NCBI RefSeq assembly: GCF_947498515.1
Contig: NZ_CANMKO010000010.1
Span: 130,137-162,136 of the forward strand
Length of the DNA: 32,000 nucleotides
Direction of reading: 5' to 3'
From: an uncultured Pelagimonas sp.
Lineage (GTDB): Bacteria; Pseudomonadota; Alphaproteobacteria; Rhodobacterales; Rhodobacteraceae
This document shows positions 9,825-19,277 of this stretch, piece by piece (position 1 is the stretch's first letter; the number at the start of each line of letters is the position of its first letter). The notes below the pieces were generated by a model. It was given only the letters and a program-made list of their open reading frames with translations. It searched no databases and was not told the origin of the DNA. Both the position numbers and the translations under genes were made by a program.

Positions 9825-10478
9825 CTAGAGAGCGAACGCCGTTTCTTTTTCAAAGCCTTGCAGTACTGGCGCGATACCATTGAAGGCATGTCGCCACGCA
9901 ATACTACCGTCCCATTTATGACCGACTTTAACGGTTCCAAGAGCGTTCTCAACGAAAATACACGCGATGCGTCCACCTTCTTTCAACTGACTCTCAATTG
10001 CATCGGGCAAGGTTTCGATCCCGCCTTCAACGATGATAACATCATATGGGCCATGCTCTGCAGCACCCTCGGCCAATGGACCGGTGTGCAGGATCACATT
10101 GTCGGAATGGTTTTCCGTCAACAATCCTTGGGCTTCTGCGACTTGGTCTTCGTCATCCTCAACCGCAACGACCGCCTCGGCAATTCGCGCAATCACAGCG
10201 GAGGAGTACCCCAGCCCTGCCCCGATATCGAGCACAAGGTCATCATTCCCAAGGTCAAGAGACTCGAGCATTTTGGCAAACAATCGCGCATCCAAAAGAT
10301 GCCGGCCGGGCCAAAGCTCGACATGGTCGCCGGCATAGGCCGCTTCGACCTTCTCTCCGGGAACAAAAATCTCACGCGGCACGGTGAGCATGGATTCAAT
10401 AATGGGGAACTCGGTCACATCCGAGGGACGAACCTGTGTATCAACCATCATGCGGCGGCGGGTGGCAAAATCTGTCAT
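9825..10478 (-). CDS. pcm: Protein-L-isoaspartate O-methyltransferase
   Basis: SAM motif VLDIGAGLGYSSAVIA and N-terminal RRMMVDTQVRPSDV, typical of the alphaproteobacterial Pcm encoded next to tolC. Confidence 0.82.
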   Translation of the reverse strand: MTDFATRRRMMVDTQVRPSDVTEFPIIESMLTVPREIFVPGEKVEAAYAGDHVELWPGRHLLDARLFAKMLESLDLGNDDLVLDIGAGLGYSSAVIARIAEAVVAVEDDEDQVAEAQGLLTENHSDNVILHTGPLAEGAAEHGPYDVIIVEGGIETLPDAIESQLKEGGRIACIFVENALGTVKVGHKWDGSIAWRHAFNGIAPVLQGFEKETAFAL

Positions 10479-10663
10479 GCACTAAACTCTTTCGTTCAGA
10501 TACTTGCCCTATGTATTGCCACATCTGCACACAGTCGGCAATGACCGAGGTCGTTCAATATTGCGATATGCGTCAGCGTGACCAATTTTTATTTCCCTTG
10601 GCATTTTTTCACAGGTATGTGCTTGACGCCAATCGCCCAACCTCCTAATCAGGCCACCACTCT

Positions 10664-10737
10664 GGCGAGTTGGCGGAGTGGTTACGCAGCGGATTGCAAA
10701 TCCGTGTACACCGGTTCGATTCCGGTACTCGCCTCCA
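10664..10737 (+). tRNA. tRNA-Cys (anticodon GCA)
   Basis: Hand-folded cloverleaf. The 7-bp acceptor stem pairs GGCGAGT with ACTCGCC. The anticodon stem GCGGA/TCCGT carries loop TTGCAAA, and the T arm is ACCGG-TTCGATT-CCGGT. Discriminator is U73 and CCA is encoded. Confidence 0.9.
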
Positions 10738-10738
10738 A
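10724..10738 (+). repeat. attL core: 15-bp direct repeat GGTACTCGCCTCCAA (3' end of tRNA-Cys)
   Basis: Exact copy at 24743..24757. Confidence 0.8.
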
Positions 10739-10862
10739 ATATTCTATCAAGGTGCTGATTTTACTGATTATTTCAGCAAGACACCTAACCTCCCCGCAAC
10801 CTACCCCCCATCTTGTATGCATTTGATTGCAACAGATTGACACGGATCATGCTGCCTTTTCG

Positions 10863-13800
10863 TCACGAAATCTGGCCGCCAACTCCTTTGAATTTCTCGA
10901 CAAAGGCAGAAATCTTCTCGAAGACAGTCGCCTTCTTAGTCCGAAACTGTGGATTTAGTGGGCTCATTTTGGGGAGTATGGCATTTAAGTCGGCACCGTT
11001 TTCACTGGCAAATTCACGCTTTATGGAAGCCGAAATATAACGCTTTGCGGCGTCAGAGTTAAGGTGTTCTGACTTGATAAGCTCCTCTACTTCCTTGCGT
11101 TGCTCTGCTTGGGCAAATGAAAAAAATGCGTCAATCACGCCAGCCTTGTCATCAATCTGATCGAGATCAGTTCGGTTGATGTACTCCACTATCAGACTCT
11201 CTTTTGCCCTGTTGCCAAGACTGCCGCGAATGACACGGCGAGCATCTTCAATCAGATCTCCCTTGCTCTTCATTTTCTTGTTCTTGTCGAAAATTAGTTC
11301 AAGGATGTAATCGAGGTTGATCTCTTGCGATTTAAGAAGGTCGACCTCAAATACGACGTCATCCCACTCGATAGTGTTCTGTTCTTGCTCAACCGACGAC
11401 TTTTCTCGACGTATCCAATCGCGAATATCATTGTACGACGATCTATAATCTTGAACTGCTCTCTCTGAAGGTAGATCTATCGCCTCCAAGTCACGAAGGT
11501 CATCATCGTTCAGGTGGTGCTTTTGCTTAAACTCTTCGACGATATCCGCGTCTTTTGGGTCTAGGCCCCTATAGGCCTTCAGAGCTGAAAATTCATCATA
11601 GTTCCGAAGCACATTTTCGACCCTCAGATACTCACCGAAGAGCCTTGCAAACTCCTTCTTGTCTTCTTCTTTGACGATCTCGTCCGGATTGGGAAAGCGT
11701 TCGGTTAGCTCCTTAACAACATCTATGAACCCGCGTCGCGCCGCACCGGTATCCTGATCAACAAAACCATTCATGTACTCGTCGTAGCTCTTTTCCAGCA
11801 CGACGTTCTTTGTGTTCTTGTCACCGAACAACGTGATCGCATCAACTGTCGCTTGCTCAAGGTCCCTGAACGCTACAATATTGCCGAATGTCTTGGTCGC
11901 ATCGTAGATTCGGTTGGTCCTGGAGAATGCCTGCATCAAGCCATGGTAGCGGAGGTTTTTATCAACAAACAAGGTATTGAGCGTCGGAGCATCGAAGCCA
12001 GTAAGGAACATGCCGACGACAATTAACAGGTCGATATCCTTAGAGCGAACCCGGCTGGCAAGGTCGCGGTAGTAGTTCTGAAAACCACTGCTATCGACAC
12101 TGAAATTCGTCTTGAAAAAAGCATTATAGTCTTCGACTGTGGCGCTCAAAAATTCCTTCGCAGTGCTATTCATCGCTGAGATATCAAAGCTCTCGTCCTG
12201 AATGTCCCCGATTGCGTCTTGCTCTTCGTTGGCCGCAAACGAGAAGATCGTCGCGATCTTCAGCGGCTTTTCACTGTCTGCCTGCAGAGCGTTTAGGGTT
12301 TCGTAGTAGAGTTTGGCCGCATCTACACTACTGACGGCGAACATAGCGTTGAAGCCACTGCTTCCCGCATGCATTCGGTGGGTTTTCTGACGGAAATTGT
12401 TTAGAATGTACTGCGAAACTTCTCGAATACGTTCCGGATGAAGAAGCGCTTCTTTGCTCTCGGCAGCGCTGAGCTTCTTTTCATCTTGCTCCGTTTCAAT
12501 CGCCTTGAACTGAGGGCGTACGTCGTTGTAGTCGACCTTGAATTTCAGAACCTTTTCGTCGCGTATGGCGTCAGTAATCACATAGGAGTGCAGCTCACGG
12601 CCAAACACGCTGGCGGTCGTTTCAGCCCCTAGTGCATTCTCAGGAAAGATCGGCGTTCCGGTGAAGCCAAACTGATAAAATCGCTTGAACTTCTTTTTCA
12701 GGTTCTTCTGCGCCTCGCCAAACTGACTGCGATGGCATTCATCGAAGATGAAAACCACCTGCTGATCATAGACCGGCAAATCACCTTCCGATTTCATTAG
12801 GTTATTCAACTTCTGGATCGTCGTGACGATAATTCTATTATCGTCTTTGCCCAAATTGCGCTTCAACCCGGCGGTATTGTCAGAGCCGTTGACACTGTCA
12901 GGGGAAAATCGCTGGTATTCCTTCATGGTCTGGAAGTCGAGGTCCTTACGGTCCACGACGAAGAAGACCTTGTCGATGAATTTTAGGTCAGACGCTAACC
13001 GCGCAGCCTTGAAACTCGTCAGCGTTTTGCCGGAACCTGTGGTGTGCCAAATGAAACCACCGCTCTCCGGCTTCCTCCAGTTTTTGGCCTCATATGAGCT
13101 TTTGATCTTCCACAGAATGCGCTCAGTCGCTGCAATCTGGTAAGGGCGCATGATCAGCAACGTGTCGCTGACATCGAAAACCGAATACTGCAACAGAACG
13201 TTCAGCAGCGTGCGCTTCTGAAGGAAGGTCGCGGTGAAGTCCTTGAGATCTTTGATCAGTTCGTTGTCAGACTTCGCCCAATTCATGGTGAAGTCGAAGC
13301 TGTTCTTGTTGCGCTTGGTCGTGTTGGCGAAATACCGAGTGTCGGTGCCATTCGAAATCACGAAGAGCTGCAGGAATTTGAAGAGGGAGTGTTCAGTGTT
13401 GAAGCTTTCTTTGCTGTACCGGTGAATTTGGTTAAACGCCTCGCGAATGGCCACACCGCGCCGCTTTAGCTCGATCTGCACAAAGGGCAGACCATTGACC
13501 AAGATCGTCACATCATAGCGGTTGGCATGGGTGCCCACCTGCTCAAATTGTTTAATCACCTGCAGCTTGTTTCGCGCTTTGTTTTTCTTATCAAATAGAT
13601 AGATGTTCTGGATGCGTCCATCATCAAAGACAAAATCAAGGATGAAGTCATCATGAATTTTTCGCGCTTTGTCGGTAATACTGTCGCTGGGATTGTCCAG
13701 ATAGCTGTCATTGAACCGCTGCCATTCATCATCGGAGAAACGGACGTTGTTCAAAGCCTCTAGCTGTACCCGTACATTGGCCAGCATGGCTGCGGGGGTG

Positions 13801-13967
13801 GTCAGGGCGGGTAGGAATTCATAGCCTTGGTTCTGCAAATCCTGTACCAGTTCGCGCTCTAAATCATCTTCGCTTTGGTACTGCTCAGCAGCCTTCCAGT
13901 CCTTGGTGTATTTTTCAAGAACGATGTAATTAGGTGTCTCGGCAATCGGCGTTGTCTGCTCAGGCAT
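10863..13967 (-). CDS. hsdR: Type I restriction enzyme R subunit (IC family-like)
   Basis: PD-(D/E)xK nuclease motif D152...E166-x-K168 ([18 protein letters not shown]). SF2 helicase motif I TTGSGKT and motif II DECHRSQ. At 1034 aa it is comparable with EcoR124I HsdR. Its ATG overlaps the upstream stop by 8 nt. Confidence 0.93.
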   Translation of the reverse strand: MPEQTTPIAETPNYIVLEKYTKDWKAAEQYQSEDDLERELVQDLQNQGYEFLPALTTPAAMLANVRVQLEALNNVRFSDDEWQRFNDSYLDNPSDSITDKARKIHDDFILDFVFDDGRIQNIYLFDKKNKARNKLQVIKQFEQVGTHANRYDVTILVNGLPFVQIELKRRGVAIREAFNQIHRYSKESFNTEHSLFKFLQLFVISNGTDTRYFANTTKRNKNSFDFTMNWAKSDNELIKDLKDFTATFLQKRTLLNVLLQYSVFDVSDTLLIMRPYQIAATERILWKIKSSYEAKNWRKPESGGFIWHTTGSGKTLTSFKAARLASDLKFIDKVFFVVDRKDLDFQTMKEYQRFSPDSVNGSDNTAGLKRNLGKDDNRIIVTTIQKLNNLMKSEGDLPVYDQQVVFIFDECHRSQFGEAQKNLKKKFKRFYQFGFTGTPIFPENALGAETTASVFGRELHSYVITDAIRDEKVLKFKVDYNDVRPQFKAIETEQDEKKLSAAESKEALLHPERIREVSQYILNNFRQKTHRMHAGSSGFNAMFAVSSVDAAKLYYETLNALQADSEKPLKIATIFSFAANEEQDAIGDIQDESFDISAMNSTAKEFLSATVEDYNAFFKTNFSVDSSGFQNYYRDLASRVRSKDIDLLIVVGMFLTGFDAPTLNTLFVDKNLRYHGLMQAFSRTNRIYDATKTFGNIVAFRDLEQATVDAITLFGDKNTKNVVLEKSYDEYMNGFVDQDTGAARRGFIDVVKELTERFPNPDEIVKEEDKKEFARLFGEYLRVENVLRNYDEFSALKAYRGLDPKDADIVEEFKQKHHLNDDDLRDLEAIDLPSERAVQDYRSSYNDIRDWIRREKSSVEQEQNTIEWDDVVFEVDLLKSQEINLDYILELIFDKNKKMKSKGDLIEDARRVIRGSLGNRAKESLIVEYINRTDLDQIDDKAGVIDAFFSFAQAEQRKEVEELIKSEHLNSDAAKRYISASIKREFASENGADLNAILPKMSPLNPQFRTKKATVFEKISAFVEKFKGVGGQIS

Positions 13968-15168
13968 TCTGTTCTTCCTGGCTAAAATATCCGTAGTTGT
14001 TAATGAGGTTCTTGAGCAAAATATCTATGTCTTGCTTCTGCTGATCTGTCGGCTCCGCCACTTCTTCAAACGAAAGCTCGCGGTGGCTGTAATGGTTGGT
14101 GAGTTTCTTCAAATAGTCCGCGCGGTCATCGGGGACCGATTTCAGCAACTTGGTCCAATGCTCGTAACCCAAGAAGTTTGCGGTCTTTTCGTAAAGGTTT
14201 CGAAGAAGGTTAAAATGAAACTTCTGGATGTTATCCTCAGAAATCGCCTTTTCTAGAATCTGCCTCAAATACAGATGATAGGAAAAGCTCTTGTTGGCCG
14301 CGCCCCTCTTTTCCTCAAGAACGAAAGACCCATCCTCCTTGCGCTCCAAGAGGTGGCCCGCTGGATTGGTGATCTCTTTGTGCAGAACGTTGTAAAAAAG
14401 TGGGTTGTGGGTCGTCAAAATGAACTTCACACCGGCACCGCCTTCAAAACGGCTGGAGTTGATCAGACCAGCCAAATCGAACGCCAGCTCTATCAGATGG
14501 TTTTCATCCAGAGAGCTTACCGGATCGTCGATAAAGACATACTGCAAGCCATCAAATTGATCATCTTCACGCTTGGTCTGGTCCGGTTCCTCCAAGATGC
14601 CAACCACCTCTTGCAGCAAGGTCAGGAAAACACTCCAAACAAAGTTGCTTTCTTCGCCTTTGGAAATCTTGATGTTGGTTTTTAGCTCGCCACCACCACC
14701 ATGTGAGAATTTCACTTCGGGATAGGTGGTTCGGTTTTCCCTTCTGCCTTGCTCGTTGGTGATCTGTACCACCTTTGGAGGGAACTCAGGCGTCAGCTTC
14801 TCATCCGTGTAGCGCCGGAAATTTTTGACAATCCCTTCATCCCCTTGAAAATTCAAAATCCAATCGGTGAAATCGTTCGGCTGGATGTCGATTTTGCGAA
14901 CTTCATCGTTATCCCGATCATTGTCCCAAACGAACAGGTCTTCGGTAAAGGCGCTGTAGTAAAGGATCTTGCGCCGAGTGAGTTCTTCCTCTTCACCATT
15001 CTCGGCCTTGGGCGCGACCAGATCTTTCACTGCACGGGACAGACGGGTTTTTCCGGTGCCGTTGAACGCATAGATCAGCTGCACCTTCTTGTCAGATTCG
15101 ACGAGCTTTTCTGCAACTGCCTTGATCTTGTCTTCTTGCATTTCTTGGGCTTCTACCTGCTCAGGCAT
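13960..15168 (-). CDS. prrC: PrrC-like ABC-type ATPase / anticodon nuclease (AAA_13-type)
   Basis: 402 aa, sited between hsdS and hsdR as in the E. coli prr locus. Walker A AFNGTGKT, signature-like ISKGEES, Walker B/D-loop [15 protein letters not shown], switch LTTHN. The C-terminal R323-x3-E327-x31-H359 has the same spacing as the reported EcoPrrC R320/E324/H356 triad. GAGGAGG lies upstream of the ATG. Confidence 0.72.
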   Translation of the reverse strand: MPEQVEAQEMQEDKIKAVAEKLVESDKKVQLIYAFNGTGKTRLSRAVKDLVAPKAENGEEEELTRRKILYYSAFTEDLFVWDNDRDNDEVRKIDIQPNDFTDWILNFQGDEGIVKNFRRYTDEKLTPEFPPKVVQITNEQGRRENRTTYPEVKFSHGGGGELKTNIKISKGEESNFVWSVFLTLLQEVVGILEEPDQTKREDDQFDGLQYVFIDDPVSSLDENHLIELAFDLAGLINSSRFEGGAGVKFILTTHNPLFYNVLHKEITNPAGHLLERKEDGSFVLEEKRGAANKSFSYHLYLRQILEKAISEDNIQKFHFNLLRNLYEKTANFLGYEHWTKLLKSVPDDRADYLKKLTNHYSHRELSFEEVAEPTDQQKQDIDILLKNLINNYGYFSQEEQNA

Positions 15169-16290
15169 CTATGCGACCTCCTCAGGTTTTGGGAAACTTA
15201 AGAGCAGATCGCGGTAGTATTCATATTGCTGCTGTCGCAACTTGATTTCGCGCGGCAGGCCCTCGCTGAGTGATGTAGTCAGCGTGTCGAACTTGTCGAG
15301 GATGGCAACGATGCGGGTTTGTTCTTCAAAAGAGGGAACCGGAATTTCTAGCTTCGATAAATCGGATTTATTGACAGCAGGAACACCCCCCTCTTTCTTA
15401 AGGGAGAGTAGCAACGCCGCCTTTGACTGAAAAAAATAGTATAGGTATTTATTGATCAAGAAGCTCTTATCCAGGGCTTGCAATTTGTAGCAGAGCGGAC
15501 CCAACCAAAATGGATCCCGCTGATACCCAACAAAGCCAATTCCTCCTTGCCCTCTAGAGGGCGTGGTGACTGTGTCGCCATCACAATTGCTAGCCGCTGC
15601 ATAACCTGATCGCGTGGTCCCTGCATTGATGTAGTCGAACTCGGTTGTCCTATCGAGAATTTCGGATGGCTTTTGCCCTGTTTTGATCTCGGTGATATCA
15701 CCCAAAATCTTCCATTCCACATCATCATCTTCAAAGCTCAAAAGCTGGTCGCGGTAATGGTTGTATTGTTGTTTGCGGGCCTTAAGCTCGGCTGTCAGCT
15801 CGGCTGTCAGCTCGGTGAAGCTGTCCAAAATCCGAACAATCTCTGCCTGTATCGCCAGCGATTTTTCTGGGTCTTCAGGGCATGGGACGGGGATCTCCAG
15901 CCTGTTCAGAATAGCTTGCGTTAGGCTAGGCCTTCCTGACCCAGTATCGAGCGCCATCAAGTCAATAGTCTTGATAAAGTGATACAGATACTTGGGAACC
16001 ACCTGACCCGTGTCGATATCTGTGTAGTAAATAGTGTCTACATTCCAAAATGGCTCTTCGACGTAAAAGATATTTGTGATCGAACCTTTTCTAGGAATTA
16101 GGACGGTGGGTCTATCATGCGAAAATGTATCAACGTACCCCATGATCCCGCCCGAACCGTAAACAGGGACATCACCTTCGTCCAGCTTTTTCCAATCCTT
16201 GCCGTGCTTGATTTTTGCAACTTTCTCTAACGGCAGCCATTCCACCGCAGCCCCATCCAGCAGCTTTTCCAGAAAGCCCAGATCGCTCAT
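15169..16290 (-). CDS. hsdS: Type I restriction-modification specificity subunit
   Basis: Two variable TRDs are separated by central conserved region [27 protein letters not shown]. The C-terminal conserved region is [24 protein letters not shown] overlap with hsdM. Confidence 0.9.
   Translation of the reverse strand: MSDLGFLEKLLDGAAVEWLPLEKVAKIKHGKDWKKLDEGDVPVYGSGGIMGYVDTFSHDRPTVLIPRKGSITNIFYVEEPFWNVDTIYYTDIDTGQVVPKYLYHFIKTIDLMALDTGSGRPSLTQAILNRLEIPVPCPEDPEKSLAIQAEIVRILDSFTELTAELTAELKARKQQYNHYRDQLLSFEDDDVEWKILGDITEIKTGQKPSEILDRTTEFDYINAGTTRSGYAAASNCDGDTVTTPSRGQGGIGFVGYQRDPFWLGPLCYKLQALDKSFLINKYLYYFFQSKAALLLSLKKEGGVPAVNKSDLSKLEIPVPSFEEQTRIVAILDKFDTLTTSLSEGLPREIKLRQQQYEYYRDLLLSFPKPEEVA
15785..15815 (-). 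repeat. 12-bp tandem repeat (about 2.6 copies) encoding (TAEL)n in the hsdS central conserved region
   Basis: Coding strand reads ACC GAG CTG ACA GCC GAG CTG ACA GCC GAG CTT, which translates to [11 protein letters not shown]. Confidence 0.9.
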
Positions 16291-17837
16291 GCCTCGATCT
16301 CCGCAACGATGGCATCGATGTCCGAACGTAGTTTGTTGATGTTGGCAACCGTTGTGACCAGCTCTGCATTCAGCTCGGTGATGTTGATTGCTTCGCGAGT
16401 GTCTTTAGGCTCCACATAGGCGCTGACCGACAGGTTGTAGTTGTTCGCGTCCGATGAGATTCTCTCGTAAGGTACGGTCTCGGCGACATGGGCCACGTTT
16501 TCTTTGCTGTCGAACAGATCGATGATCGCTTTAATGTGATCAGCATCCATGACGTTGTTGTTGGTTTTTTTGTCAAAGAACTGCTCGCCCGTTGCATCAA
16601 TGAACTGCACGGCAGTGTCTGTTTTGTTCTTAGCCAGCACCAGAATAGTCACCGCAATCGTCGTGCCGTAAAACAAGTTGGGCGCAAGCGCGATCACGGT
16701 TTCAACATAGTTGTTATCCACCAGATACTTGCGGATCTTTTGCTCTGCGCCGCCACGATAGAAAATACCCGGGAAGCAAACAATCGCCGCGCGGCCTTTG
16801 GCGGAAAGATAGCTGAGCGCGTGCAACACAAAGGCAAAATCCGCCTTGGATTTCGGGGCGAGCACGCCAGCGGGCGCAAAGCGTTCATCGTTGATCAAAG
16901 TCGGATCATCCGCCCCCACCCATTTCACCGAATAAGGCGGGTTAGACACGATGGCATCAAAGGGTTTGTCATCACCGAAATGAGGATCAATCAGGGTGTT
17001 GCCCAGCTGGATGTTGAACTTGTCATAGTTAATGTTGTGCAAGAACATATTCATGCGGGCTAGGTTGTAGGTGGTGTGGTTGATTTCCTGCCCGAAGAAA
17101 CCGTCTTCGACCACGTGATTTTTAAAGTGATCTTGGGCCTGCAACAGCAAAGAGCCTGAACCACAAGCAGGATCGTAAATTTTGTTGACCGTGGTTTGGC
17201 CGTGCATGGCAATCTGCGCGATCAGTTTGGACACATGGGTTGGGGTAAAGAACTCGCCCCCTGATTTGCCCGCATTGGCGGCGTAGTTCGAGATCAGGAA
17301 TTCATATGCATGGCCAAACATGTCTTCTTCGGTGTCATCAAAGTCCAAAGGCAGGCCTGCGACACCTTTGAGAACATCGCCCAAGCGCTTGTTTTTGTCT
17401 TTGACAGTGTTGCCAAGGCGGTTACTGGTGGTGTCGAAATCAGCAAACAGGCCTTTGATGTCTTCCTCAGACGGGTAACCGCTGGCCGATGCCTCAATCG
17501 CGGTGAAGATGGCTGCCAGATCGGTATTCAGGCTTTCATTGGTATTCGCCGCAGCGACCACGGTTGAAAACAGCTGGCTGGGATAGATGAAGTAGCCCTT
17601 GGTTTTAACCGCATCAATAACAACTTCGTCAGGAATGTCGGCGTCGGATATACTAGCATAGTTGACACTATCGTCACCCGCTTCGATATAGTTGGTAAAG
17701 TTCTCGCTGATGAACCGATAAAATAGAGCGCCAAGAACAAACTGTTTGAAGTCCCAACCATCGACGGCCCCGCGCACGTCGTTTGCGATCGCCCAGATTT
17801 GACGGTGTAATTCGTCGCGTTCTTGCTGGCCTGTCAT
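16287..17837 (-). CDS. hsdM: Type I restriction-modification N6-adenine DNA methyltransferase subunit
   Basis: SAM motif [12 protein letters not shown] and catalytic motif IV NPPY ([11 protein letters not shown]), with an HsdM N-terminal domain. ATGA overlaps with both neighbours. Confidence 0.93.
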   Translation of the reverse strand: MTGQQERDELHRQIWAIANDVRGAVDGWDFKQFVLGALFYRFISENFTNYIEAGDDSVNYASISDADIPDEVVIDAVKTKGYFIYPSQLFSTVVAAANTNESLNTDLAAIFTAIEASASGYPSEEDIKGLFADFDTTSNRLGNTVKDKNKRLGDVLKGVAGLPLDFDDTEEDMFGHAYEFLISNYAANAGKSGGEFFTPTHVSKLIAQIAMHGQTTVNKIYDPACGSGSLLLQAQDHFKNHVVEDGFFGQEINHTTYNLARMNMFLHNINYDKFNIQLGNTLIDPHFGDDKPFDAIVSNPPYSVKWVGADDPTLINDERFAPAGVLAPKSKADFAFVLHALSYLSAKGRAAIVCFPGIFYRGGAEQKIRKYLVDNNYVETVIALAPNLFYGTTIAVTILVLAKNKTDTAVQFIDATGEQFFDKKTNNNVMDADHIKAIIDLFDSKENVAHVAETVPYERISSDANNYNLSVSAYVEPKDTREAINITELNAELVTTVANINKLRSDIDAIVAEIEA

Positions 17838-18028
17838 TTCCCTGCCCCTTCTTGTTTTTGTTCTTGCTCAGCGATCCAGCGATCAATTTCGCTTTTGCGA
17901 AACCGCCATGCGCTGCCCACCTTGAAGCCCGGAACCTTGCCCTCTGACGCAAACCGGTATGCTGTTTTCTCAGCGATTTTGAGATACTCGGCGAGCTCTT
18001 TCACGGTCAAAATGTCGCCGCTGGCCAT
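17834..18028 (-). CDS. Small excisionase/MerR-type (HTH_17-like) DNA-binding protein, first gene of the R-M operon
   Basis: [46 protein letters not shown] is the typical excisionase-family HTH. GAGAGGA lies upstream. Its stop overlaps the hsdM ATG. Confidence 0.75.
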   Translation of the reverse strand: MASGDILTVKELAEYLKIAEKTAYRFASEGKVPGFKVGSAWRFRKSEIDRWIAEQEQKQEGAGK

Positions 18029-18057
18029 TTCGGAAATGTCCTCTCTGGGGGAAACAC

Positions 18058-18074
18058 GTTGAAACTAGTTGAAA
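18058..18074. promoter_or_regulatory. Candidate operator: GTTGAAA direct repeat at 10-bp spacing, containing palindrome AACTAGTT
   Basis: GTTGAAA at 18058-18064 and 18068-18074. It lies 30-46 nt upstream of the HTH gene start on the minus strand. Confidence 0.3.
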
Positions 18075-18192
18075 GGAGGAGAAGCAGCAAGCGTCCGCGT
18101 GATGGGGTCATCGTCGCACGTCATACATGGTAGACTGGCGAGAAACCAATGATTTCAGGACTTTGATGGTTATTGTAGAATAATGCAGAAGT

Positions 18193-18420
18193 TCACGACG
18201 CTTCCGGGAACAGACGCCTCACTGCTATCTCATTAATTGCCAAATCGAAGATTTCATAACAGTGGGCGGCGAGGTCCACACGGTCCTCGAACTCGTCAAT
18301 CAACACCATGCTGGGAAGCTCTTTAAGGCTCCCTGCGCGGCTGAGGACAACCTCGAAAGCCTCCAGCGCTTCGGGTCCATAACCTTCAAGGCTTGTCTCA
18401 TAGTCAAAAAGACTTTTCAT
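18193..18420 (-). CDS. Hypothetical small acidic protein (75 aa)
   Basis: ATG start, 16 D/E versus 6 K/R, no recognisable family. Confidence 0.5.
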   Translation of the reverse strand: MKSLFDYETSLEGYGPEALEAFEVVLSRAGSLKELPSMVLIDEFEDRVDLAAHCYEIFDLAINEIAVRRLFPEAS

Positions 18421-18488
18421 CTATTACTCTTCCTGCGCGAAATCTACGCCCCACTATAAACGTGACGCACAGCCCATAGCGGCGCTGA

Positions 18489-18851
18489 TTAGGGCTGATG
18501 CCCTCGCTGGATTTTGTCTTGAAACAAATCAGGGTGCTTCAACTCAATCGCACCCATTCCCTCATCCTCAATGACGCTGTACAGCAAGTCCACAGCTTGA
18601 AAGGGCGGAGACAAGGGAAGCCGCGCAGCGGTCAAGTTCTCTACCATGGCTCGTGTAAGCGTCGTTGCGCGCTCTACTGGGCTCTTCTTGGGATCCGCGA
18701 TTTCGTTCTCAGCTGTGATGCCATAGCAGGTCGCATGGGCAAGCCAGGCTGCGGCGCTCCCAGTTGTCAGACGGTCAAGAGGGGAGGCATTCTCGCTCAC
18801 GGCGAAAGCACGCAAACGAATAAAGGCGGCGAGGGTCGGGTTGTACGTCAT
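18489..18851 (-). CDS. Hypothetical protein (120 aa)
   Basis: ATG start, same strand as its neighbours and 17 nt after the upstream gene. Protein-like composition, no family recognised. Confidence 0.5.
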   Translation of the reverse strand: MTYNPTLAAFIRLRAFAVSENASPLDRLTTGSAAAWLAHATCYGITAENEIADPKKSPVERATTLTRAMVENLTAARLPLSPPFQAVDLLYSVIEDEGMGAIELKHPDLFQDKIQRGHQP

Positions 18852-18868
18852 GGCTAAATCCGTTTTGA

Positions 18869-19264
18869 TTACATCAGGCGAAGGGCTGCGAGGACACCCA
18901 AGAGGCCACCGGAAAACCCCGCGGAGAAAGCGACTAACGTTATCATTATTGTGAATTGCCGCGCGGACCTTGATGCCTTCTGCAATTCGCTCACCAGAGG
19001 AGAGGTCACAGTCGAAACCTTGGCTATGTGGGCCTTGAGATCAGCATCGATATGCACGGCCACACCCTTTTCGAGTTGCGTCTGAAGGTTCTGCAGGATT
19101 CGCCCAATTGCCCCCTCTTGCGATTTCATATGGCTGGTGGAGCTGGCCATCGCTTTGGAGATTTTATTCAAGGAGGCTTGCTGGTCATGAGCATTGTGCA
19201 GAAACCGGCGCAGATCGTGAAGGAGCAGGTCAGCCGGTTCGGCAGGATCTTTGAGATTTGTCAT
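18869..19264 (-). CDS. Hypothetical coiled-coil protein with C-terminal transmembrane helix (131 aa)
   Basis: C-terminal FTIMITLVAFSAGFSGGLLGVLAAL. Starts 13 nt after the relaxase stop. No clear SD. Confidence 0.5.
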   Translation of the reverse strand: MTNLKDPAEPADLLLHDLRRFLHNAHDQQASLNKISKAMASSTSHMKSQEGAIGRILQNLQTQLEKGVAVHIDADLKAHIAKVSTVTSPLVSELQKASRSARQFTIMITLVAFSAGFSGGLLGVLAALRLM

Positions 19265-19277
19265 AGTGTCATTTATC

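Noticed and set aside
9858-10544. 228-aa plus-strand ORF opposite pcm
   Set aside because: The pcm frame carries the SAM-binding motif and conserved N-terminus, while the antisense ORF has no recognisable features.
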